Assembly (NCBI GenBank): GCA_976551045.1
Contig: CDPCPM010000026.1
Location: 4,960,001-5,024,000 of the forward strand
Direction of reading: 5' to 3'
DNA length: 64,000 bases
Source: Glaucostegus cemiculus
Lineage: Eukaryota
The notes below the pieces were generated by a model that was given only the letters and a program-made list of their open reading frames with translations, was not told where the DNA came from and did not search any database. This document shows positions 28,915 to 42,300 of the stretch, piece after piece (positions within the stretch are counted from its first letter, which is position 1; every line of letters begins with the position of its first letter). A program made the translations under genes and the position numbers.

Positions 28915-29500
28915 ATAACAGAATCAAAGAAGCACAGAACTGTTAGAACAAAGGAGGCCAAACAAACCATTGAGGATATTCCAGCTCCAAGTAGAGCAAT
29001 TCCATCAGTCCCATTCTTCCACCCTTTCCCTAAAGCCCCCCAAAATTTGTCTCTCTCAAGCATTCATCCCTTTTGCTCGAGTTCCCATCAACTTCAGAAG
29101 CAGTATTTACAGTAGATTCTATTTACTCAAGTACTGTAATAATGCTTTATTCTCACATCCCTCATGTATCTTTTGTCCAAAATATTAAACCTGTATCACT
29201 TAGACCTTGAATCTGTCAACAGAATGGCTTCCCATTACTTAGCCCATTTAAATCAGTCACAATCCTGTTTGTCCCCAACCTTCTTTGAACCAAGAAGCAC
29301 AATCCCAATCTTAATGTAGCTGAACTTCCAGCTGTTGCCTGACCAGTCTTTTTTTAAGAAAAAACAATTCGCCGTAACTCCTCTGCTTTTGAATTCTATA
29401 ATTCCCTATGTGGTTTATCAACAACTCTTAACATTCCTTCCACTTTCCAATATTTATCCAGGTCCCTCTATTCCTGCACATTCTTTAGAACATTAACAAA
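28915..29500 (-). mobile_element. Old CR1 3' relic
   Basis: Begins agaacaaaggaggccaaacaaaccattgag (reverse CR1 3'UTR); very decayed beyond that. Confidence 0.45.
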
Positions 29501-30095
29501 TTTCCAAAGACTCAATAATGTGGAGGTATTCGTGGCCATTTTAGAAAAGTAGAGATACAGAAATTATTAGGACCCAGAGAGCTCCAAGAACAAACATTGA
29601 AACAAAGGAATTCAGGGATGAACATGTCAGAACGGCAGGAACACAGAACTGATGAAAGGTTGAACAAAGTTATGGACCTGAGAGCGGGAGGAGGTCACAG
29701 ATGAATCTGAGCACAAGGAGTATGACAAATTAGAGGCTTTACTATAACATCTCTCAAATGGCACAACTAACTGTTTTCAAAATAGAGTTTTTCTTTAAGG
29801 TGAACTGGAAGTTAAAAATATAATATAAAATCAAGAATTCAAATGCATTAACTGTTTTAACTTCACCTCTGGCCATATATTTTAAAGGAGAGCAATACAT
29901 ATTATTTTTTAGAAACTTACAATACTTTCAGCCATTACAATCTTAAACTTTGCTTAAAAAAGTTATTTATCACTATTCTTACAACCAACTGTTAGCATCC
30001 TTAGCTCCACAGTATATTTTTGGACATTATTCCCCTGGGCTTTAAAAAAAAGAAAATCCTGCAGGCAACATCCTAAAAAGATGTACTGAACTTAC

Positions 30096-31209
30096 CGAAA
30101 AATTGGTGTATGGCCACCAGGTTTTGGTTTGTTCCAAGTGAAATGTGAGGGAACAGAAAGAAACTGTTCACTTGACAAATCTTTCTTTAAAGGATGTAGA
30201 GTACCAGAAAGATCATCTACTGGAGATTCAACTGAAGGTGATAAGCTTCCCTGATCTTCTGAAGTCAAATCTATTTTCCCTGACACTGTAGCAGCCTGAT
30301 CCTGGGAGGTCTTCCTTGATTTTAAAGGTATGTCAGTCTCTGGAGGGCAACACTGAAATGGAATGAGCCCAGGACTTAGACTGGAGCCACCCTGAAGAAC
30401 AGTGTTACTAAGCCATGTATCCTCTGTAACACTTCCTCTTGGGGAATGACCAGGAGATGGTGTAGGTGAATGGTGGGGTGAAAGTGAGCCTGCATAACAG
30501 ATCTCTGCACTTGAATGCCGTCGCTTTCCCCAGGGAGAAGTGGGTCTGGATGATGGCCTTGATGTTGGGCGAGGGCTGAGCCAGTTTTCGTCAGTAACAC
30601 TCGCTCTAGGTGAATGGCAAGGTGATTGTCTAGGTGATAGCGAATTTGCAAATGCATAATTTGGATGCCATGACTCATCTGCTGGACAACATCTAGGTGA
30701 TCCACTAGGAGAACCAAGTGTAAATCGAGCAGCAGCTTCATTCAACTCTGAGTCTACATCATCATATACGTGAGAGAAAGATTCACAAGATGAGGCATCT
30801 GAAAACCAACTCCTGGAAGAAATGCTGCTAGCAGGACTTGGGCTTAGTGATGCATCCCTGTAATACGAAGGATCAAGAGGAAGATATAGATGGTCCCTGG
30901 ATGGTCTTTCCATATAGTCATTATCTGTGCCATTTGCATGCACTTCTTCTTCATTAGGTCCTATTCCTTGGTGACAATTGGGAGAGATGGAGGTGATTTG
31001 AATACTTGGACATTCAAATGCTTTTGGTGCACCTACTGGATTATACTTTGACTCTTGGACATTTGAGGCCTGCAACCGGTGTGGTGATGAGAATATTGTA
31101 GAATTTGTCTGTGTTTCATGGTGATGAACACCTATTGGTTGGATTACATTTGACTGATGGTTGCCTTCATTAAAGATGTAAAATGATGCAGAATCATCAG
31201 GCTCTGTAT
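30096..31209 (-). CDS. NFATC3: NFATc3 coding exon 2, calcineurin-regulated NFAT homology region
   Basis: Acceptor tttctctttcag|AT joins exon 1 in frame ([14 protein letters not shown]). 1114 nt open. Contains PxIxIT (PSIQIT, 30992-31009), serine-rich region [21 protein letters not shown] repeats, NLS GKRRHS and LxVP (LSVP, 30149-30160). Ends HTPIF-CG|GTAAG, phase 2. Confidence 0.97.
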
Positions 31210-33959
31210 CTGAAAGAGAAACAGAAATAAGTTATACCGTTCATTAGCTGTGTTTCTTCTATCATTATAGAGTTTAAGGTTACTTGACTTTATTAATATA
31301 AAGTTGAAGTGTACTAATATTCCTCTCCCTTCTCTATTTTTCATCACAAAAATGATCAAATATACACACACACACACGTCACTAGCCCAGTGTAAGCATT
31401 CTTAAATTTATATATGCATTTGTCATTGATTTCTGCAACCACATGAAGATGCAGGCTGCAAGAAATACATGGCCAAGGGACAGAATTAATCTTGCAGAGG
31501 AAAAATTCTTATCATGATTCTTCTGTGTCCTCACGTACAATTTACTATTATATTAGTATAAACTCAGATTGACTGGCTAAAAAGGTATAGATCTAAACCT
31601 ATCTCAAGGCTTAAAACAATTAATCTGGTCTAGCACTTCTGTGTAGATCTAAAGTATGCAACATTGTCAAATCCACTGTCTCTGATGTGAGACAAAAAAC
31701 TGAGTTTCGTTTCAGGTGATCCAATGAATGAAGACATTTTGAAGTTCCCAGAGAAGGAGGAGCAGGGATGTCAATTAAGACCACTGCACTTTGTCAGGTT
31801 TTATGGTGCGTAGCATGGTTTCCATGTTCAATAAAGCATCAAGTGGACTTCATTGTATGCAAAGAGCTTTGGAACTTTTTCAAGATGTAGCAAAGTCCTA
31901 AAACTCTCTTTACAAGTCTATGTGTACAAGAAAAGATCCTCCCTCTAAATTAAGTTACAACACCTTTAAATATAGAATTCTGCTGCTGGGAGACAACTTT
32001 AAAACTCAGTCAAGATGAATAATACATTATGATTGAAATATAAATTAATTTATTAAACATTGATTCTCTACCCTGGAATCTGCAAACAGTGGAAAATAGC
32101 ACAGTGCTAGCTGTGGAAAGCTACTAAGATCCAGTGATCTCTGTGACGAGAAAATCTTGAACTAAGCTGCTGTTGTCAGGCATCAGTTCAAAGAAATCCA
32201 GAAGTTGTAATATCATCAAATTGAATGACCAGTGAATCACATGAAACAACGGCCACACACTGTAATCCATAAAAAAAATATTTTAAAAACTATACTGTAC
32301 AACCAATTAAGGCAGAAGCTGAAAAATCAGACATTATTATTTCATTTAATTTGAAATATTTCAAATCACAAGGGAATAAGAGATAATTAAAATACACATG
32401 TAAAATTTATATTTTAGGGGCAGATACTTTTCAAAACAGTAACTATGGTTTAATAGTTCACAAAAACCTTATTTTAACCTCATGCTATACAGAGTAAGAT
32501 TTTCAGGGTACTTTACATTGGAACTAGTTTGCAAATAATTTAAATGTATCAATTTTCTTTGACTATGGAGTAGCCACAAACTCCACAATCTGTGAAGGGG
32601 TCCAAAGCAACTTATGCATTGATCTGCATGGCTACCAAGGTTCTGAAACTATCAGTTTCTTACAGTAAAAGTAGTATGCACCAACAATTCTGCCATGATT
32701 ACTGTCATGAAATCTGTGGCTATAATATCAGTTATACTACTGTGTCAGTACGTAATCTGAGCTTCACTAATAAAATAAAAGTTAAAGACTTGCTTAGAAA
32801 GTACAAAAATAATGCAAATTGTTTTTGTTCTATATTTAGACAAAGGTTTTACTGCAAACATAGCAATAATACATAAAATTTTCCACAGATTAATCAAAAT
32901 CTTAAGTTGTTATATTTAAATTTTTCATAATTTTAAACTGCAAATTTTAGACCAGTGACTGATCCAAAGCCAGATGTTTATGTATGTAGGTGCTACATGT
33001 GTAGGTAACCTTCATAGCAACTATCATTGATCTAATTAATTGTTTGTTTCAATTTTATTCAACAACCAAATGACTTGGACAATCTACTATGAACTGGCAG
33101 CAAGAGGAATTCCAGATTTGTGACACTGAATTAAACTTTCAATTTTGGTAGAGATAAACAAAATACAAGTAGCAGTAAACTGGCCATCCATTATATAGTT
33201 GTCTAACTTTCCAAAGAATGGCCAGTTTATATAAAGCAAGTGGCCAACTTGCTATTAATGTTATGCAACCCAAGATGAAAGTTGTACAAAATGTAACGAA
33301 CAAGCAGAGTGTAACATTCAACTCATCATGGAGTATTAACAAGTATTGCAAATATGGGGCTGGGGCAATAAAAGGCACTTTAGATAGTACTGACCATTAA
33401 AATGTCAAATATAGACTGCACTTTGTTAAGAGCTTCCAAGCAGTAGTCAATCTGACCACATTTAGCTAACAGAATGGTACACTGTTTTGTACTAATGGAT
33501 TTAAAAATTAATATCGTTCTCTCAGCAGTATCTAAATTGGTACCAATTGAGTACAGTTTTCATTTGCCAACCAAATTATAAATTGGGCTTAATACTATAT
33601 TCAATCATTATAAGAGAAATAAATAAAATCTGAAGGTCACTATAATCTTTGCTGTACTAAGGGTACTCAGCCAACTAGTAATAATAAGCTCCTTATATTT
33701 AATAAAAGAAAGCAAACTTTATATTGACCAATTCTTGCATTTTATGTGTTAAGAGATATTCAAAAAAGGAAATAGTTCAAATTTGGAGATTTTTCTCAGA
33801 GGTTTAGGTAGATACAGAAGTTACTTATGTAACTCAATTCAAGTTCGGAAGGAATCTACCAACTTGTCATGAGGACTCCAAAACTGCTGAGGGGCAATGC
33901 AAAGACACAGAAAAGTAATGTATGTTTTAGACAAAAGGTGAATTTTTGGAAACTCATTA

Positions 33960-35135
33960 TGTCATTGAGTCATACAGCATGGAATCAGGCCATTCAACCC
34001 ATCACATTCATGCTGACCAGTGGGCACTGATCCGTATTAATCCCATCTTCCAGTATTTGCCCCATATATGGGGAAAAGTTTCCTGCAGCCTACCCTATCT
34101 ATACTCCTCACATATTTATATACCTCAATAATGCCCCCTCTAAACCTCCTCGACTCTGGGGAAGACAGACCTGGCCTCTCCAGTCTCTCATTATGGGAAT
34201 TCTCCAACCAAGGCAACATCCTGGTGAATTTCCTCTGTACCCTCTACAACACTATCATACTTTGCCTATAATGTGGTGACCAGAACTGCAGGCAGTATTC
34301 AAGCTGAGGTTTGACCAGTATTTTGTAAATTTGTAGCGTAACCTCCTTGCTTTTGTACTCAATGGCCCAACTAATGAAGGCTAATATGCCTTCTTAACCA
34401 CGTTATCTCCCTGCACTGCCACCATCAAAGATCTTTGGATTTATACACTAAGGTTCCTCTGTTTTTAAATACGCTTTAGGACTCTATGGTGTATTCATGG
34501 TGTACGCCCAAGCCTCATTTGTACTCTCAAAATGCATCACCTCATATTTATCTGGATTTAACTCCATCTGCCATTTCTCAGTCCATTTCCCCAACACAAT
34601 GATATCACCCTGTAGCCTAACACACTATAAACAACTCCACCAATCTTCATGTCATCTGCAAACATACTGATCATGCTTCATACATGCAAATCAATATCAT
34701 TCATGTATATTACAAACAGCAAGGGTCCCACACTAGTCTGTGTGGAACACCATTAGTCACAGACATCAATCACAAAAACCCTCTCTATCACCCTTTGTCT
34801 CCTATTGCCAATTTACCAACTTGCCCTGAATCTCATGGGCCCTAACCTTTTGGGCCAGTCTCCCATGTGAGACCTTGTCAAAGGCCTTACTGGTCCACGT
34901 AAACACCCACATCAGTACATTCTGTAAACTCTTCAAAAAAAAAAATCAGATTGGTCAGACAGGATCGGCCCTTGTCAAAGCCATGCTGATCATCTCTGAT
35001 TAGTCCCAACTTCTCTAAGTGATCATTAATCCTATCCCTCAGAACATTTTCCAATTAACTTCCCTATAAATGATGTTAGGCTCACAGTCGGTAATTACCA
35101 GGCTTTTCCCTGCTATCCTCTTGAAAAGCAGGTCC
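33960..35135 (-). mobile_element. CR1 LINE, 5'-truncated (~1.2 kb)
   Basis: 3' end gagtcatacagcatggaatcaggccattcaaccc. Minus strand carries TTTGCAGATGAC (FADD, ~34651-34662), GACTTTGACAAGG-type RT sequence and the C-terminal ERLERPGLSSPESRRFRGGIIEVYK. Confidence 0.85.
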
Positions 35136-35889
35136 AAGTGTGTGTGTGTGTTTTTTTAAATTCTTTTTGTCAGGGTAAGGAACTATTTAATTGATCAAAT
35201 TAAAGGGTTCCAGAGCTGTTGTGTGAAACAGTCCTTCCACCTTTGTAACAATCTAGCTGCATGAGGTTGTAACACAGCATGCTGAACAGCAAATCCTTAT
35301 CAACTTGTTCTAAACTTTAGACTTAGTCCCACCTCTATAAGACCAAATAAATGTCTCCTGATGCACCAAAAAATTTCAGTTTTTACACTGGTAGTCTTAT
35401 GACCTGAACAATATTGTTTATTAAAGTTCATATGCACAAAAAATTAGGTTTGGACTATCCAATTGTGTTGACACAGAACTATTACAGACATTAATAAAGG
35501 ACATTTTTATCCTCCAAATCCAAGTTGTGTTCAAACTATATCTTCCTGATGGTGTTTACTGAAATCTAAAATATAACAGCACACACACAGAAAATCATAT
35601 GATCACAAATGTCATTGTCAGACAAAAGTGAATTGTGAGCAGTGGAAGATAATCTGTCGCTAAAGAGACCTTCCTTTCTTTCACACATATTTCTGCCCAA
35701 AGTACTTGAAAGGTAGTTTTTTTGACAATAGATTTTTGTTTCCATTTATTCATTCAGGAAATGTGGGGATGAAGGCCACTGTTTATACCCCACCTAACTG
35801 CACTTAAAATGGCACAGCTGACCACCTTCTTGAATGATGAAGAGACTCCCAAAGTCCCATACTTCTAACCACACATTTCACAACAATAG

Positions 35890-36800
35890 GAAAGAAAGTT
35901 ATATAAACACTCTAGTTTGCTGACCACATCTACCTTCCCACCAAACCAATGTTCCTGCAGTCCCCCAGAGGTACAACAATCTATCAATCTCTCAGCAACT
36001 GTCATAATTTGAAAGATTCACATGCCATACTGAAGAAATTTCTCCTCACTTATGTCCTGAATAGCTAACTCCTCTCAAGACAGCAAATTAGAATGTAACA
36101 AATGTAAAATTGCCATGTGAGAAATAAACTAGAGAAAATAAACTACAGAATTAGCCAGAATTGAGAAAAGGCTAGAGCACTTCTATATAACTAGAAGAAT
36201 GAGCTTTTAGCATTCATCTATCCCTCTCAGAATTTTGTGCTTCAATGAGATCATCTCATTCTTCCAAACACCTATGGATATAGAATAATCCTATTCAATG
36301 TTTCCTCATATGAATAATTTTTTTGTCCCAGGAGTGAATCCAAGCCAGACTGTACTCAGGGTAAATACAGCCTACCTTAAACATAGAGGCCAAAACTACA
36401 TTCAGTGCTCTACCTGTAGTTGCAATAAAGCCCTGCATAACTGTACAAGACTTCCTTCATGTACTCCAACTGCCTTGCAATAAAAGTTATCATGTTCTTG
36501 AATGATGAAGTTAGTCTTCAAAACTGATTCTCGAGTTTACACTTTAGTGTTTTGTATGTTAACAGATTTACTATTTTGTATACCAACAGACCCAGATGAA
36601 CGTTCATTAGTAACTCACCAAAAAGTTCCAATCTTCCTACAAAAATGAATAACTTCACTTCTTTTCACACTATATTCCACCTTAGTTAGTGCACACTCAC
36701 AAGCTGTCAATATCTCTCTGCAGTTTCTTTGCATTCTACACACAGCACTTTCCCAGCTTTGTATCATCAATAAATTATATGCTTCCAACCATGTCAATGT
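35890..36800 (-). mobile_element. Old CR1 3' relic, fragmented
   Basis: gaggccaaaactacattcagtgctctacctgtag...ctgtacaagacttcc and related reverse-CR1 phrases. Confidence 0.55.
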
Positions 36801-37359
36801 ATGTGTGCAGATAACAGACACTGAAACAGTAACATTCTGTTAATCCAGTACACTCTATACCAGTCTAGCAAATTTTCAAGACTACTTAGACTCCAACATT
36901 TTTTAATTGAAGTTTTCCCCCCAAAAAGCTGTTAGTATAACAATAAATTTTCCAGTGAAACCAGTGAGTGCCAAGGGAGTGCAGAAACCAAGGCTGTAGT
37001 GAGTGCAAAGGGAGCACCAGGAACCAGGGCCTGGTGTGCCAGATGACAAACCGTTGGGATTTTCAAATCGTATAGCAAATTGCTGGAATTTATAGTGATA
37101 ATTGTATTCCACAAGTAACAATCAGCCAGCCAATCCCTTTTTTCACAGTCCTTCACCATCCAAACAACATTCTTTCCATCCCTATTTAAGGTTCCCTTTT
37201 CCACCAGCCCATCCTTCCTACCCAAGGCCTTACTTTGTGGAAGAATCAAAATGTCATTCAGAAATAGAAATAAACAATGGCTTTCCCATCTACACTGAAA
37301 GTTACATCCACAAAAATCTCTTTAGAATTGTCAACCACAATTTCCCTTTTACAAGAAAC

Positions 37360-37475
37360 ATTGTAAATGCTGAAAACCTGCAATAAAAGCAGAAAATGCA
37401 ATACTCAGTAGGCCAGGCAGCATCTGTTAACAGAGAAACAGAATTCACTTTTTAAACATTGAAGACCATTCAGTG
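37360..37475 (-). repeat. Penelope-type terminal repeat fragment
   Basis: aatactcagtaggccaggcagcatctgttaacagagaaacaga, shared with 37920-38000 and 63410-63515. Confidence 0.6.
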
Positions 37476-37914
37476 GAAGAGTAGAACAATTTCTGCTTTT
37501 ATTCTTTGATAAAGTTTTTATTAATTCTCCTTAACCATTTGCTACTTTCCAATGTGGTGGGACTACTCCAAAATCTAGACTTATTCGGAAGATCACTACC
37601 AACGCATGCTTGGTCTCAGCAGTCTTTTACTTTCAAACATTTAGATAGAAACCAGCAAGTTCCAGTAATTTCTCCAGTGCTTTCTCTTTCCACATATTAC
37701 TTCAGGTTCTGCACTGCCATTAAAGCCTTGATTTCCCACTATTTTTGCCATGCTTTTGTTTCCTATTGTGAAAATATAGAAGCTGTTGCCTTTGGTGTCC
37801 ACAGGATCTACACTTCTGCCACCACTTTTCTTTTAACATATTTATGAAATCTGTTCTGTCATCTCCACCTACCTGGCCCTAAAGCAGCAATGGCAGCAAA
37901 AACTGCAGCAAAAA

Positions 37915-38105
37915 AACCCTGCAGATATTGGAAATCTGAAACAAATAGAAAATGCCAGAAAAACAAGAGGCTGGGCAGTGTCTGTGGAGAGAAACCAAAT
38001 CGAATGCTTGCTTCAGTTCTGAAGAAGGATCACTGATGTGAAATATTGACTCCGTTTCTCCCCCATAGATGCTGCCTGAACTGCTGAGTATTTCCTGCAT
38101 CCTCC
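37915..38105. repeat. Palindromic Penelope-derived miniature element (two inverted terminal repeats)
   Basis: Left arm ggctgggcagtgtctgtggagagaaac is complementary to right arm gtttctccccatagatgctgcctgaac. The centre contains CTGAAGA...GAAA. Confidence 0.65.
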
Positions 38106-38569
38106 AGAAAATTAATTTTGAAGGCATCAGAGATAATGCAAAGGAAGCTTTACTCAATCAACACCTTGAAGCCAAATTAAAATTACAATTTCTTTACATT
38201 CACCATAATTAGCACCTACAAAGAGAGTTTCTCCCTCAGAAGGTACTATGATCAGTTTGCAATGGATCACCAGCAGATGCAGGAGCTAATAAACTGTAAA
38301 CTCAAGGCAATATCACCATGACTTGAGGGGAATAAAGCAGGCATATGGGCACCTTGGAATCCAACAAGTGCTCTGCAGCCTAAAAAACCAGACCCAGGTG
38401 GACAGAGGCCATTGAGATCCAGCAACTAGCCAACTGCCATTCCTCAATGGCACCAGATCATCTACAATCCAAATACTCAAGAAGCCACCAAAAACTAACT
38501 TGCTCAGCCACACAACACTGCTCGCAATAATCAAGATTCACAATGAGATCTTACTTCTTGATTAATATA

Positions 38570-38960
38570 GTCTCCAATTTTTAGGAAACTTATTAGCAAT
38601 CTCTGATATTTTTGCCCCTTACTCTATAATCTCCACCCAAGCTGATTATACTTGTTGATCTTTCAAGCAAAGAAATAATTCTCACACTTGTCTTTATGTC
38701 ATCCTTCATCAAAGCTACACTGCTATCATGCACTCACTCCCACTACACCAACCCTTTTGTTGCTTTTTAACCTGATCATTTTTAAAACATCAAGTAACCC
38801 AAATTCCCAGCCTTAGTCACCATGCAACCACATCCCTATAATGGATCAAAGCCTTAATTTTCATTAATTAATTTCTATTTTGTTTTGAATGTTATGAAGA
38901 GATGAATTCAGATGAACAGCCTTTAATTTTACCATGTTAATATTTTCCCTTGGTTTGTTG
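38570..38960 (-). mobile_element. CR1 endonuclease-region relic
   Basis: Reverse of WLHGD-GWE-type endonuclease sequence (aattcccagccttagtcaccatgcaaccacat); counterpart of 440-1010. Confidence 0.55.
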
Positions 38961-41900
38961 GTGCACTATTACTGTTAAATACTATATTCTATCCTATCAC
39001 AGTTATCCAAATTACAACACTGCTCTGTGGCTTTGATTTTATTAATAAGTGAATCCTCCATCACTTTCTTTTGTTAAAGCAGTTGAGCTTTAAAAATTGT
39101 GATTATTCATGCCAATTAAAAAACACACATTTTTGCTGTTTCTATCATATTGTTAAATAACAAAGTACTGTCTTTTTTCAATGCTTCAATGAAGTGTGAA
39201 GTACCAGATATATCAGCTCCAGGAACCTGCAACTGGCCAAGACGCCCATATCAACCCTTCTGCAAGAGCCCTGTGGAAATTATAGTAAAGCATTTTTCTT
39301 TTGAAGGGTCCATTACATTCTCACCCTCCCCTCTCCCATCCATCCACTCATTGCCCCAAACTCTGTGATGACAGTTCAAGATCAAATGGCAGATGAAGGT
39401 GGGAGGGGTAAAAAAAAAGGGGGAGATCCGCAATTGTGGCCAAAGTTTGAGGAAATGGGATCGGATGGGATGGGATGAATTTTGCCCAAGGAAAATAGTT
39501 TACAAAGCTCTATTTTTTTAAAATTCTGTTTTTTAACCTCTTCAGGGCATGTGATTAATAAAAATGCAGTAATTTGCAATTGTAGTAACAAAGACCTAGT
39601 TTCAAGCTACATCTTTAGCCACAGTTATTAGACTCAACCTGACATAGCTCCCACCCCAGTTTAAATGAGGGAGCAGCTCCCTTGTTACCTATACTTGTGG
39701 CTAGCATCCCATGAATTGAAACTTGGGACTTGCACCACTCTTTCAGCTCTGCATTTAAATGAACATTCAATTCTACGTGTTCCATCCTGCACCTATTTTC
39801 ACGTGACTCAGTTAACAATATAGAAATTACTTCCCTCTAGTTTTATTTCACCCAAAAAACTGCGTCAGTGGAATCCAGTCCTAGTTTTACCTCTCGTCAG
39901 TTTCAAGCTTTTCTTCACCTGTGTGAAATCTTTACCTCTGGCATCACATCAATGGAATTAATAGCCTTATTAAAACAATTATTCACAACAGTGGTTGCCA
40001 TGCAATGACCTTGTTACCAGAAAGGTCTCTCTGGGCTAGTGAGAGTTGTTCAGCCAAAGAGGGGGAAAACAGCAATTTCCATCACAACCAGCAGGAAAAT
40101 GAAAAGACAGACTATAGGATTCAGGTGGTCTGTCAACACATGAATGAGTCTCTGCCAGTCCCCAGCAATGATTGTACTCATCATGCTGCCCTTGGTGCAG
40201 GCCTGAGGCAAACATCTCAGCACAGAAGAGCTACACCGCTTGCCCCTGCCTGCCCAATACCAAATCTCACAGACAGCCTCTTCATACTGAGCCAAGTGCA
40301 GAGGGCAAGAGCTCACATCAGGAGTCATGACACAGTGACACAGAAGGTAGCAGTTCGTATCAGGTTGCCAATGCACAACAGGGAGAGGGCAAGGGTTTGC
40401 ATCATTTCTGGTACGGCAATGCTTTCTGTAACACACCTCCAAGTATAAATAATTCTACAGTAACTCCTTTTAGTACTGATTCTGTTAGTTCTCTCAATCA
40501 TGGAATCACTACTTGAGCACAAACAAGATACCAGTGTACTGTGGAAAGGTGAAGCAAGGTACCACAAGTTACAACACTGTTTACAATACATAAAACACAC
40601 GTACATGAATCAGCTTTAATGTGAAACTGTGCATCTGGAGTCCAACTGTGCTTGTTGACACTTTAAGCCAGAACACTGCGAAAATGTTACAAGCAGGGAC
40701 ACTACAAGCCTCTCCTACCCAATCATACTCTAAACACAGACATGAATACAGGAAGAAGTGTGTCCATTTTTTAAAATACTCATTCCCATGCATTTTCTAT
40801 CTTTGCCCTTCTAGGAATGAGACTTGCAGGTATCAAAGGTGTAACCTATATTTCAAATACAAGTCAATTCCATCAGATGTACCACAGTCCTCAGAAAGTC
40901 ACTATCTGATGCCTAAAAATGATCCACAATTAACTAGTACAGGTGGCCCAGCACAAACACCAACACCAACAGGAAACAACTGGTTGGTGAAAAGGCGTAC
41001 GTGTTTAATATAAATTTACAATGTGTATTAAACAATAACTGTTAATGACATCATTGTAGGAACTTACTGGAGTAGTTTCTGAGCCCAAAGTTACAAGAAG
41101 TATTAGAAGCTTCAGAAATTGTTCATTAGGCCAAAATGATTCAACCCTGTATTAATTTTATCTTCCACCTTCAAACGTTATTTAATTGAACCAGTCCACC
41201 TTGATTATAATTAATTCAGTTCCCACACATTGTCATGTTTGACAATTTCTCTAAAATGAGTTTCTCCCAATAATGTCACCAGCATTCATCATGTTTTTAA
41301 AACATTCAACTGCAAAAAAAGAATTCTGTTTTTAAAAATAATTTTTGAATGGAAAAAGAGACACCCAATTTGTCAAGTAAAATAAATTTTATTTAAAACA
41401 ATAGATAAGAATTGTTTTTAAAAAACAGCCTGAGAAATTTAAGCACCTCAGGGACTTCTAAATGTTCGGAAGTGAGTATCTCTAACCTTCCGAACACCAC
41501 TTGCACCATTCAAGTCAATTTCTTGCTGCATTGCTGAGCTTCCCTGGAGCTCAGAAGCATCCACCCTTTGTACTGGCAGATGGCCTCTGCTCCCAGCAAT
41601 TCAGGCAGTGCCAAGACTTTTCAGTGCACCTGAACTACTGAAAGGAGGGAGGCCATTGAATGACTGACTGAAAACCTGGCAATTTCTGCCTCCGTTTGGA
41701 TGGTGGTTGGGGTGGGGGGCAGAATAATAAAGTAATGACAGAAGCTGTCTAAATATTTTTTTTATATAATTTCCCCTTTCCTCCTAGGTAACTGATATGA
41801 ACATCTTTAATGACATTTCTTGACCAAGTCCCTTTGTGGTAGAAAGCAGCATCCTTACTGACATCTGCACCCCCAGAAAAAAGCACAGAGCTGAGAATCA

Positions 41901-42089
41901 TCACCCTAGGTTTTCAAATTAACCATCTTGGTAATGAAGGAAATTATGACATCAGTACACTTGGTAAAATGATCTTCAGTATGCAATGATGTCGTCTATG
42001 CTGCAGAGATTCACCAGACATGGTGACTTCCAAACTCCATCAGAAACGCAGCAAGGATACTAAGGGTAACAGAGCAGTGCACATTGCAG

Positions 42090-42300
42090 CATACGTAAGA
42101 AATAAGAGTAGGGATAGGTCATCCAGCTCCTCAAATCTCTCCACCAGTCAATATGATCATGGTTGATCTTCCACCTCAGCTGTATTTCCTGCACTCTCTC
42201 AATTCCCTTAACATACAAAAATCTATTTTGAATGACTGAGCCAGCTCACTCACCAACTTCTGAATGAAGACATTTCTTCTCCTCTCAGTCCTAAACAGCC
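42090..42300 (-). mobile_element. CR1 3'UTR fragment
   Basis: catacgtaagaaataagagtagggataggtcatccagctcctcaa...atgatcatggttgatct, the reverse CR1 tail; similar to 50822-50880. Confidence 0.6.

Noticed and set aside
30376-30741. 121-aa alternative-frame ORF within exon 2
   Set aside because: Shadow frame of the Ser/Pro-rich NFATc3 coding sequence; no recognisable domain.
40005-40448. 147-aa (+) and 130-aa (-) overlapping ORFs in intron 1
   Set aside because: No recognisable motifs or convincing splice signals; a GC-richer stretch, probably an unclassified repeat.
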